52,281 nucleotides of DNA from Novosphingobium sp. (GTDB taxonomy: Bacteria > Pseudomonadota > Alphaproteobacteria > Sphingomonadales > Sphingomonadaceae): positions 1 to 52,281 of the forward strand of contig JAYUCG010000008.1 of assembly GCA_043740455.1 (NCBI GenBank), given 5' to 3'. The position numbers and the translations under genes were made by a program. Below are positions 10,666 through 18,372 of this stretch, piece by piece. Each line of letters begins with the position of its first letter. Position 1 is the first letter of the stretch. The notes beneath the pieces are model-generated. The model did not search any database, was not told the DNA's origin, and worked only from the letters and a program-made list of their open reading frames with translations.

Positions 10666-10912
10666 CCAGATCAACGACGGCGCATGGTTTCTGCCCAAAC
10701 GCTACGGCTATGGCTCGGGCCTGCCGATCGCATGGCAAGGCTGGGCGATGGTATTGCTCCACGTGGCCGCGATCATCGGCGGCAGCTTGCTGCTGGTCCG
10801 CCAACCCGCAGCGATGATCGCCTGGGCTCTGGTTATCGGGCTCCTGCCCTTGCCGCTCTATGCCAGCAAGACCCGCGGCGGCTGGAAGTGGCGCTGGGCG
10901 AGCAAGGCCTGA
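10658..10912 (+). CDS. Small two-TM membrane protein
   Basis: WFLPKRYGYGSGLPIAWQGW motif, two hydrophobic helices and a W/K-rich tail. It overlaps the upstream gene and has a GGAGG RBS. Confidence 0.75.
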   Translation: MTDQINDGAWFLPKRYGYGSGLPIAWQGWAMVLLHVAAIIGGSLLLVRQPAAMIAWALVIGLLPLPLYASKTRGGWKWRWASKA

Positions 10913-10998
10913 AACAATTGGCGGCGAGCTTGTCTCTCAGCGGGACGGCCTCGACGGGGGCAAAGCCTTCTTAAGCAGCCGGTGCTAAATCTGCAGTC

Positions 10999-11943
10999 AT
11001 GACCAAACTTGCCGCCCTTCCGCTCGCCGCGCTCTCGATTGCGCTCTTCGCATCTGCCAGCAGCGCCCAAGGCGGCGCGGCTTACACCGTGGTCGAAAGC
11101 GGCCGCCAGTTCAGCCACTTGCAGGACGCGGTCAGCGACATTGGCGGGGGCCGCGGGACGATCCGCGTAGCGGGCGGCGTACATCAGGATTGCGCGGTGC
11201 AGACCGCAGGCCAGATCGCCTATGTCGCCACTGCAGCGGGCCAAGCGGTGTTCGATGGCGTCACCTGCGAAGGCAAGGCGGCGCTGGTCCTGCGCGGCAC
11301 TTCGGCCAGCGTAGACGGCTTGGTCTTTACCCACATGCGCGTGCCCGATTTCAACGGCGCAGGGATCCGGCTCGAGCACGGCGACCTCACCGTCACCCAG
11401 TCATGGTTCCGCGATAGCCAGCAAGGCATTCTGACCGGACCCGATCCCGACGGCAGCCTGAGCATCGACAAGTCGACCTTCACCCGGCTCGGCACCTGCG
11501 AAGGCTCGGGCGGCTGCGCGCATTCGGTCTATGTCGGTGATTACGGCGCGGCCAAGGTCACCCGCAGCCGGTTCGAAGCGGGCCGCGGCGGGCATTACCT
11601 CAAGAGCCGCGCTGCCCATATCGATGTCGAGGATTGCAGCTTCGACGATTCGGCCGGCCACCAGACCAATTACATGATCGACCTGCCCGGCGGCGCGACC
11701 GGGCGCATTGCCGGCAACTGGTTCGTCCAGGGGCCGAGCAAGGAAAACCATTCCGCGTTCATCGCGCTCGCTGCCGAGGGCAAGGCCAACAGTTCCGCCG
11801 GGCTGGTGATCGAGGACAATGATGCGCGCTTTGCCCCGAATGTGCCGTGGCCCAGCGTGTTCGTGGCCGATTGGTCGGGCGATCCGATCCAGATCGGGCG
11901 CAACAAGCTCGATCCGCGGTTGACGGTAAAAGAGCGGCGTTAA
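10999..11943 (+). CDS. Secreted right-handed parallel beta-helix repeat protein
   Basis: Signal peptide and pectin-lyase-like repeats (NGAGIRLE, QQGIL, AHSVYVG, GHYLKSRA). Confidence 0.8.
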   Translation: MTKLAALPLAALSIALFASASSAQGGAAYTVVESGRQFSHLQDAVSDIGGGRGTIRVAGGVHQDCAVQTAGQIAYVATAAGQAVFDGVTCEGKAALVLRGTSASVDGLVFTHMRVPDFNGAGIRLEHGDLTVTQSWFRDSQQGILTGPDPDGSLSIDKSTFTRLGTCEGSGGCAHSVYVGDYGAAKVTRSRFEAGRGGHYLKSRAAHIDVEDCSFDDSAGHQTNYMIDLPGGATGRIAGNWFVQGPSKENHSAFIALAAEGKANSSAGLVIEDNDARFAPNVPWPSVFVADWSGDPIQIGRNKLDPRLTVKERR

Positions 11944-12992
11944 GCCAGCAAATGCCCTGATCGGTCGCGCTTGGTATCGAGGTAGCGGGCGTTGTGCTGG
12001 TTGGCGGGGAGCTGATGCTGCACCCGCTCGGTGACCGTCACCCCGGCGGCGGCAAGCGCATCGACCTTGGCCGGGTTGTTGGTCATCAATCGGATCGGCC
12101 CCACCCCCAGCAACTGCAACATCCGCGCCGCCACGGCAAAGTCACGCGCCTCGTTCGGCAGGCCGAGCCGGATATTGGCATCGACCGTATCGAACCCCTG
12201 ATCCTGCAGCTGATAAGCGCGCAGCTTGTTGATGAGACCGATGCCCCGCCCTTCCTGGCGCAGGTACAGAAGCACACCCCACCCGCCTTGCGCGGCCTCG
12301 ACCGCCATCGCCGCTAGCGCCGCGTCGAGCTGCGGTCCGCAATCGCACTTGAGGCTACCGAAAACGTCTCCGGTCAGGCATTCGGAATGGAGCCGGACCA
12401 GCGGGGCGTGGTCCGAACTTTGCCGCCCGATCACCAGCGCGGCGTGTTCGCGCAGGTCGTCGGCGGAACGGAACGCGATGATCTCGCCGGTTTCGGATGC
12501 ACTCACCGGCAGCTTGGCGCGTGCCGCAATGCTGAGCCGCGCAGTGTCCTGGTAAGCTGCCAGATCGTCTGGAGAAACCGGCTGGAGCTCACCGGTGGGC
12601 ACCGGATCGACCAGGAATGCGGGCAGGATCCCGGCGATGCGGGCCAATTCCATCGCCGCGTGGGCCGCCCGCTGGTCGGCAATCCCCTCAGCGAGAAACG
12701 GCCCTTTGAGCGGCCAAGTGAGATCGAGCGCCGGATCGGCCAGCGCGCGCGCAGCGGTAAGATCGAACAGCTCGGCCCCGCGCAGCAGCACCGGCGCTTC
12801 GGGCGCGGCGGCATCGCGCTGGTTGGCAAGCTTGAGCGTTGCCGCCCGGGCGCAGGAGATGAGCATGCGCGGCGCGGTGATGCCGGGGCCAAAGCCGGTT
12901 TCGGCGGGGAGCAGGTTGAGCCCGCTGACGGATATTCCCCAGCCGTGGCGCAGCGCATCAATGGCCAGCGCTGCTCGGCGGGCACCGCTCAC
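11940..12992 (-). CDS. ribA: GTP cyclohydrolase II with a degenerate N-terminal RibB-like region
   Basis: Motifs VRLHSECLTGDVFGSLKCDCG, QEGRGIGL and LMTNNP. Confidence 0.93.
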   Translation of the reverse strand: MSGARRAALAIDALRHGWGISVSGLNLLPAETGFGPGITAPRMLISCARAATLKLANQRDAAAPEAPVLLRGAELFDLTAARALADPALDLTWPLKGPFLAEGIADQRAAHAAMELARIAGILPAFLVDPVPTGELQPVSPDDLAAYQDTARLSIAARAKLPVSASETGEIIAFRSADDLREHAALVIGRQSSDHAPLVRLHSECLTGDVFGSLKCDCGPQLDAALAAMAVEAAQGGWGVLLYLRQEGRGIGLINKLRAYQLQDQGFDTVDANIRLGLPNEARDFAVAARMLQLLGVGPIRLMTNNPAKVDALAAAGVTVTERVQHQLPANQHNARYLDTKRDRSGHLLA

Positions 12993-13780
12993 AGATCAAA
13001 CTCGGTGATCAGCGGAACGTGGTCCGAACATTGCTCCCACTGACGGGTTTCTTCGACCACCCGGTGCGAGGCCGATTGCGCGGCCAGTTCGGGCGAGGCC
13101 CACATGTGATCGAGCCGCCGTCCGCGGTCCTTGCCCTGCCAATAGGTGCGATAGGACCACCACGACCAGTTCCGCTCAGGCGCGGGGATATGCTTGCGGC
13201 CCAGATCGACCCAGCCGTGCGCGTCGGTCAGGCGCTGCAGCGTCTCGACCTCGTGCGGGGTATGGCTGACGACCTTGAGTAGTGCCTTGTGATCGTAAAC
13301 GTCGCTTTCGAGCGGGGCCACGTTGAAATCGCCGAGTAGCAGCGTCGGCCGATCTATCGCATCCGACCAGCGGGTCATCCGCTCGAGGAAATCGAGCTTC
13401 TGGCCGAACTTGGTGTTGACCGCGCGATCAGGCACATCGCCGCCAGCCGGGATATAGACGTTCTCGATCACCAGCCCCTGCCCAGGACCAAGTAGCTCCA
13501 CCCCGACGTGGCGCGCCTCGCCGTTGGCCTGCCAATCATGCCGCGCGAACTCGCGCAGCGGAGTCCGGCTGACGGTGGCGACGCCGTGATAGCCCTTCTG
13601 CCCGTGTACGGCGCGATAGGTGTAGCCAAGGTCTTCGAAGGCCTGGTGCGGGAACAGCTCCTCGACGGTCTTGATCTCTTGCAGGCACAGCACATCGGGC
13701 GCCTGCTCGGTCAGGAAGCGCGCGACCTGCTCCATCCGCAGGCGCACCGAATTGATGTTCCAGGTAGCAATCGAAACCAT
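12989..13780 (-). CDS. xth: Exodeoxyribonuclease III
   Basis: Motifs ATWNINSVR, LCLQEIK, GDFNVAP, RLDH and SDHVP. Confidence 0.95.
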   Translation of the reverse strand: MVSIATWNINSVRLRMEQVARFLTEQAPDVLCLQEIKTVEELFPHQAFEDLGYTYRAVHGQKGYHGVATVSRTPLREFARHDWQANGEARHVGVELLGPGQGLVIENVYIPAGGDVPDRAVNTKFGQKLDFLERMTRWSDAIDRPTLLLGDFNVAPLESDVYDHKALLKVVSHTPHEVETLQRLTDAHGWVDLGRKHIPAPERNWSWWSYRTYWQGKDRGRRLDHMWASPELAAQSASHRVVEETRQWEQCSDHVPLITEFDL

Positions 13781-13824
13781 AGGGCGGCTTTAGGTGCGAA
13801 GGTCGCAGACGGCAACCGGACAAC

Positions 13825-13861
13825 AAAAAACCCTCGGTCCGGGGGCATTGGACCGAGGGTT
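13825..13861 (-). terminator. Rho-independent terminator (of the putative sRNA and/or lolA)
   Basis: 12-bp stem aaccctcggtcc/ggaccgagggtt running into a T6 tract on the minus strand. Confidence 0.8.
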
Positions 13862-13955
13862 CCTTTGTGCGTTCGTCACGCTCGACAGAGCAGCCGGTAA
13901 GGAGGCAAGGGCAACAGGGGGGAAACCCGCCTCAGACCGCGCTGTCGAAAACCGT
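13825..13955 (-). ncRNA. Candidate small regulatory RNA (about 125-130 nt)
   Basis: A long irregular hairpin (tcgacag/ctgtcga, ggt/acc, gaggc/gcctc, ggg/ccc) with a C-rich apical loop, then a terminator hairpin with a C-rich loop. It lies in a 287-nt intergenic gap. The 5' end is approximate. Confidence 0.5.
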
Positions 13956-14067
13956 TTTAGGCCGATTTGGCTTGCGGGGCCATGAACAATCGCGTCAGGC
14001 TTGTCGCAAATTGTCGCATCTCCCGCACAGTCCACGACCAGTTGCCCCGCGCCGTCGATGAACGGCA

Positions 14068-14721
14068 TTACTTCTTCGTCTGGGCTCTGGGATCGTTGTA
14101 GCGGAAGGTGCTGTCGGCCACCGCGGCGCCGTACTGCTGATTCGACAGCGTCACGATGGTCCGGGTGTTTTGCGCATCGAGCGTGGCCCAGCTCGCCAGC
14201 TCGAGCCCGCCCGGCGCGCCCGCCTTGCGCACGAAGACCATGGTGATTACGCCGTATTCGGGATGCTTTCGGTCGCGCACCTCGACGCTGACGACCTGCG
14301 AACTGCTCGACGGGACCAGCTTGCCGTACTGCATCACGTCGCGGTTGGGATCGAGCAGCGCGCCCAAGGGGCTGTTCTTGATCGGCCAGCGCTGGACCTG
14401 CTTCACGCCGTAATCGATGAAGGTCAGCGCGCTGCCGTCCGAGACAATCAGCATCGGCACGCCCTTTTCGTACTGAAAGCGGATCCGCCCGGGGCGCTTC
14501 AGGGTGAGCACGCCCTTGATCCGGTTGCCCCGCGGATCGGCCTGGACGAAATCGGCGCGCATCGTCGAAATCGCGCGCAGCGCGATGATCGCGCTGGTAA
14601 GATCGGACTGCGATTGCGCTACAGCGGTAGCGGGAGCGACCAGCGCGGCGGGCACGGCAACAGCCAGCGTGGCCGTGGCGGCGGCGCTGAACAACGAACG
14701 GGGCGTAATGGTCATAGTCAT
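14068..14721 (-). CDS. lolA: Outer-membrane lipoprotein carrier protein LolA family
   Basis: Signal peptide, then MRADFVQ, LKRPGRIRFQY, LIVSDG and PLGALL. Confidence 0.88.
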   Translation of the reverse strand: MTMTITPRSLFSAAATATLAVAVPAALVAPATAVAQSQSDLTSAIIALRAISTMRADFVQADPRGNRIKGVLTLKRPGRIRFQYEKGVPMLIVSDGSALTFIDYGVKQVQRWPIKNSPLGALLDPNRDVMQYGKLVPSSSSQVVSVEVRDRKHPEYGVITMVFVRKAGAPGGLELASWATLDAQNTRTIVTLSNQQYGAAVADSTFRYNDPRAQTKK

Positions 14722-14755
14722 GGGAGTCCTGCTAGCGGGGCGGGCTTGAACTCGC

Positions 14756-14780
14756 AATGAACCTTGCCGGCGAAGGTTCC
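14756..14780 (-). promoter_or_regulatory. Possible EcfG (general stress sigma) promoter upstream of lolA
   Basis: GGAAC-N16-CATT on the minus strand. Confidence 0.4.
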
Positions 14781-14786
14781 CGACGC

Positions 14787-14818
14787 AAAACGGCCCGCGT
14801 CCCCTGGGGAAGCGGGCC
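14787..14818 (-). terminator. Putative terminator of rpmG
   Basis: ggcccgc..cccc t gggg..gcgggcc stem followed by GTTTT on the minus strand. Confidence 0.6.
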
Positions 14819-14871
14819 AGACAATGCATGCAGCGGGGCGTGCAGTGGGCCGGGGCCCGCGCCAGCCAAGA

Positions 14872-15039
14872 TTACTTGATCTTGGCTTCCTTGAACTCGA
14901 CGTGCTTGCGCACCACCGGGTCATACTTGCGGAAGGCCATCTTCTCGGTCGTGTTGCGCGGGTTCTTCTTGGTTACATAGAAGAAACCGGTTTCGGCGGT
15001 GGAGACCAGCCGGATCTTGACGGTTGCGGGCTTCGCCAT
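14872..15039 (-). CDS. rpmG: 50S ribosomal protein L33 (55 aa, not in the ORF track)
   Basis: Manual translation: [55 protein letters not shown]. Confidence 0.97.
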   Translation of the reverse strand: MAKPATVKIRLVSTAETGFFYVTKKNPRNTTEKMAFRKYDPVVRKHVEFKEAKIK

Positions 15040-15182
15040 GACGTATCCTGTAGCTTTCCGATTCGGGCCGAGACCCGCAACAATAGGTGAGGCGGCATGC
15101 GCTGCCGCCCCTCAAGGACCGGCCCTTTGCGGCAGAAGGCGGCCAAAGTCAAGCGCCAGGCTGGGCTGCGGGCGGCCTGATG

Positions 15183-15977
15183 CTACTTCTCTTGCACCTG
15201 GGTGGGATCGTAATCCGCAATGGGCTTCAAGGCGGCGTAACTTTCCTTCGAGGGCTCATGCTCCAGCGGCGGGAACTCGAACGACTCATCGGGCAAGCGG
15301 GTGTCGGGCAGGCGATCGAGCAGGTTGCGGACCAAGGTCAGCCGGCCGCGCCGCTGATCGTTGAAATCGACCAGCGTCCACGGTGCCGCCTTGGTGTGCG
15401 TCACAGCGAGCATGGCTTCGCGCGCCTTGGTGTAGTCGTCGTATTTCTCGCGGGCTGCGGTATCGATCGGTGACAGCTTCCAGCGCTTTAGGGGATCTTC
15501 GAGCCGCTCCTTGAAGCGCTCCTCCTGCTCGGCCTGATCGGTACACAGCCAGTATTTGAACAGCAAAATCCCATCATCGACCAGCAGCTTTTCGAACGCC
15601 GGAACCGCCTTGAGGAATGCATCAACCTGCTTGTCGGTGGCATAGCCCATGACCTTTTCCACCCCGGCGCGATTGTACCAGCTGCGATCGAACAGCACGA
15701 TCTCGCCAGCGGCGGGCAAGTGCGCGATGTAGCGCTGGAAATACCACTGGTTCTTTTCCGCCTCAGTTGGCTTCGGCAGCGCCACTACCTTGCACTGGCG
15801 CGGGTTGAGCGGGCCAGCGACCGCTTGGATCGAACCGCCCTTGCCTGCAGTATCGCGCCCTTCGAACAGAACCACGACCCGCGCGCCGGTCTTGAGCGCC
15901 CAGCGCGCCATCGCCACGAGGTCCGCCTCGAGCGGTTCGTAGAGCTCCTCATATTTCTTCTTCTTGAGCTGTTTCAT
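15183..15977 (-). CDS. ppk2: Polyphosphate kinase 2
   Basis: Motifs FEGRDTAGKGG, WYFQRY, FDRSWYNR and KRWKLSP. Start set at MKQLKKKKY. Confidence 0.95.
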   Translation of the reverse strand: MKQLKKKKYEELYEPLEADLVAMARWALKTGARVVVLFEGRDTAGKGGSIQAVAGPLNPRQCKVVALPKPTEAEKNQWYFQRYIAHLPAAGEIVLFDRSWYNRAGVEKVMGYATDKQVDAFLKAVPAFEKLLVDDGILLFKYWLCTDQAEQEERFKERLEDPLKRWKLSPIDTAAREKYDDYTKAREAMLAVTHTKAAPWTLVDFNDQRRGRLTLVRNLLDRLPDTRLPDESFEFPPLEHEPSKESYAALKPIADYDPTQVQEK

Positions 15978-16074
15978 GCGCCCGTTGTGCGCGCGGCTGC
16001 GGCTGGGTGCAAGCAGCGCCAATGCCGCCCCATTGCCGCAGTTGTCCCGCAATGATATGGTTGCAGGTGAAACC

Positions 16075-17016
16075 ATGTCCTACACCGCCGCCCTTGCCGA
16101 AACTGACTTTGCGCGCCTGCCCGACATCGGTCACGGTGTGTTCGCGGCGCCGCTGCTGCGGCCGGCAGATATCGGTGAAGACTGGCTTGAGCCCGCGCAG
16201 CGCACCTATTCGGCGGACGAAAACCGGGTCTGGGACGAACTCTACGCCCGGCAGATGGAAATCCTGCCCGGCCGCGCTGCCAGCGCTTTTCTCGCGGGCC
16301 TCGAACGTCTTGATCTGGGCCCCGGCGGCGTGCCCGAATTCGGGCGGCTGTCCGAAGAACTGAGCGCGCTGACCGGGTGGAGCATTGTCCCAGTGCCGAT
16401 GCTGATCCCCGATCACGTGTTCTTCTGGCACCTGGCCAACCGGCGTTTTCCCGCAGGCAACTTCATCCGCAACCGCGAGGAATTCGACTACATTCGCGAG
16501 CCCGACGTGTTCCATGACGTATTCGGCCACGTGCCGATGCTGGCCGACCCGGTCTATGCCGATTACATGCAGGAATATGGCCGCGCCGGGTGGAAGGCGA
16601 TGCGTCACAACCGGCTCAAGTCGTTGGGCGCGCTGTACTGGTACACGGTTGAGTTCGGGCTGATCCAGGAAAAGGACGGCCTGCGGGTCTATGGCGCTGG
16701 CATCCTGTCCGGCCCGGCCGAGGCGGTTTACAGCCTCGAAGCGGAAAGCCCCAACCGGATCATGCTCAACGTCGACCGGGTGATGCGCACCGACTATGTG
16801 ATCGACGACCTGCAGCCGACCTATTTCGTGATTGAGAGCTTCCAGCAGCTTTATCACGACACCGTCGATCGAGATTTCGACCGGCTCTACCGCTCGCTCA
16901 GCCCGGGGTTCACTTACGCCAACACCGCGGTGATCGATATCGATGACGTGTTGCACCGGGGCACGCAGGAGTATGCCCTGCGCGGCGGGCGCGGTAGCGG
17001 AGCGCTGTCAGTCTGA
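16075..17016 (+). CDS. phhA: Phenylalanine 4-monooxygenase
   Basis: EPDVFHDVFGHVPML (Fe ligands), LYWYTVEFGL, YGAGILS and QPTYFVIESF. Confidence 0.94.
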   Translation: MSYTAALAETDFARLPDIGHGVFAAPLLRPADIGEDWLEPAQRTYSADENRVWDELYARQMEILPGRAASAFLAGLERLDLGPGGVPEFGRLSEELSALTGWSIVPVPMLIPDHVFFWHLANRRFPAGNFIRNREEFDYIREPDVFHDVFGHVPMLADPVYADYMQEYGRAGWKAMRHNRLKSLGALYWYTVEFGLIQEKDGLRVYGAGILSGPAEAVYSLEAESPNRIMLNVDRVMRTDYVIDDLQPTYFVIESFQQLYHDTVDRDFDRLYRSLSPGFTYANTAVIDIDDVLHRGTQEYALRGGRGSGALSV

Positions 17017-17028
17017 CTGGCCGACGCC

Positions 17029-17048
17029 GAAAACCCGTCCGGGTTTTC
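17029..17048 (+). terminator. Possible terminator hairpin after phhA
   Basis: gaaaacccg-tc-cgggttttc inverted repeat 12 nt after the stop. Confidence 0.4.
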
Positions 17049-17090
17049 CGGGCAACAAGCTATTTGCGGATGCAAATAGCGCGCCCAAAC

Positions 17091-17129
17091 AAACCAAAAG
17101 GCCGGCGGGTTCGATCGAACCCGCCGGCC
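17091..17129 (-). terminator. Rho-independent terminator of the lipoprotein gene
   Basis: A perfect 30-nt palindrome ggccggcgggttcgatcgaacccgccggcc (17100-17129) followed by TTTTGGTTT on the minus strand. Confidence 0.75.
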
Positions 17130-17168
17130 CAGCTGTTGATGGCCTGATTTCGCGAGTTCTTCCGCGAA

Positions 17169-17450
17169 TCACATCTTCTTGTCGGCGTTCTTCTTCATCG
17201 CGTCGGATTTCGCATCAGCGGCATCGCGCGTCTTGTCGGCCTTGTTCTTGATCGCATCGACCTTAGCTTCGGGAGCGCCCGAAGCATCAGCGGCAGCAGC
17301 CGAGGCATCTATGCCGGCCGCCGTCGCGTCACCCGAGGCTTCCACGGCGTTGGCACTGGCTTCGACAGCATTTTCCTTCTTGCTGTCGCAAGCGGCGAGA
17401 CCCAGCGCGAGGGTCGAAGCGAGAAGGGCGGTCTTGAGAATGGATTTCAT
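17169..17450 (-). CDS. Small Ala/Lys/Asp-rich lipoprotein (93 aa)
   Basis: MKSILKTALLASTLALGLAAC lipobox and a low-complexity helical, hydrophilin-like mature part. Confidence 0.8.
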   Translation of the reverse strand: MKSILKTALLASTLALGLAACDSKKENAVEASANAVEASGDATAAGIDASAAAADASGAPEAKVDAIKNKADKTRDAADAKSDAMKKNADKKM

Positions 17451-17529
17451 AAGGTATTCCCCGTCATTGATGGCGCACGCAATTGGTGCGGCAATTGACA
17501 CCGCTCCGCAGTGGTTCGGCTGACGGTAA

Positions 17530-17554
17530 AATGCTTTACCGGGAAAATGGTTCC
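17530..17554 (-). promoter_or_regulatory. Possible EcfG promoter upstream of the lipoprotein gene
   Basis: GGAAC-N16-CATT on the minus strand. Confidence 0.45.
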
Positions 17555-17562
17555 GCGCGGGA

Positions 17563-18372
17563 TCAGTGCGCGAGGAAGAACAGGGCCGCAGCACCAGCGG
17601 CGATCCGGTACAGCGCAAAGGGCGTGAAGCCCGAACGGCTGACGTAGGCGACGAAGGCCTTGATCACTGCAAGGGCGACCACGAACGAGACCACGAAACC
17701 AACCGCAATGTGGCTCCACCCGACCGGCCCAGTCCCCGCTGCCAGCTCGGCGCGGTTCTGCCACAGCTCGAGCGTTGAGGCGCCGAGCATGGTCGGAATG
17801 GCGAGGAAAAAGCTGAATTCGGCTGCAGTGCGGCGTTCGATGCCCATCGCCAGTGCGCCCATGATCGTGGCGCCTGAGCGGCTGACACCCGGGATCATCG
17901 CAAGGCACTGGAGCAGCCCGACCCCGAACGCCTGGCGCACCGGCAGCTGGCCCAGTCCCTGATATTCGCCCTGCTTCGACCAGCGTTCAACCGCAAGGAT
18001 CGCAAAGCCGCCGCCGATCAGCGCCCAGGCGACGATGGTCGGGCTGCCCAGCATCGCGTCGATCTGGTGCTTGAGCAGGAGCCCGAGCACCGCCGCCGGA
18101 ATGAACGCGACCAGCATATTGATCACGAAGCGGAACGCCAGCGGTTCGCGCCGCAGCAGGCCCATGCCGACCGCCCAGAAGGTTCGCCAATATTGCACCA
18201 CCACCGCCAGGATCGCGCCCAACTGGATGACGACGTTGAACACCGCCCAGGTCTTGGCATCGTAGCCGAAAATCTCGGTCGCCAGGATCAGGTGCCCGGT
18301 CGAGGAGACCGGGATAAATTCGGTCAGCCCCTCGACAATGCCGAGTAGGACGGAGGTGAGCATCAGGTCCAT
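17563..18372 (-). CDS. uppP: Undecaprenyl-diphosphate phosphatase (BacA)
   Basis: Motifs GIVEGLTEFIPVSSTGHL, IQLGAILAV, PGVSRSGAT and AAEFSFFLAIP. Confidence 0.96.
   Translation of the reverse strand: MDLMLTSVLLGIVEGLTEFIPVSSTGHLILATEIFGYDAKTWAVFNVVIQLGAILAVVVQYWRTFWAVGMGLLRREPLAFRFVINMLVAFIPAAVLGLLLKHQIDAMLGSPTIVAWALIGGGFAILAVERWSKQGEYQGLGQLPVRQAFGVGLLQCLAMIPGVSRSGATIMGALAMGIERRTAAEFSFFLAIPTMLGASTLELWQNRAELAAGTGPVGWSHIAVGFVVSFVVALAVIKAFVAYVSRSGFTPFALYRIAAGAAALFFLAH

Noticed and set aside
10456-10912. Toxin-antitoxin pair
   Set aside because: The RHH protein has no recognisable toxin partner, and the context fits an SPFH operon regulator better. It is not fully excluded.
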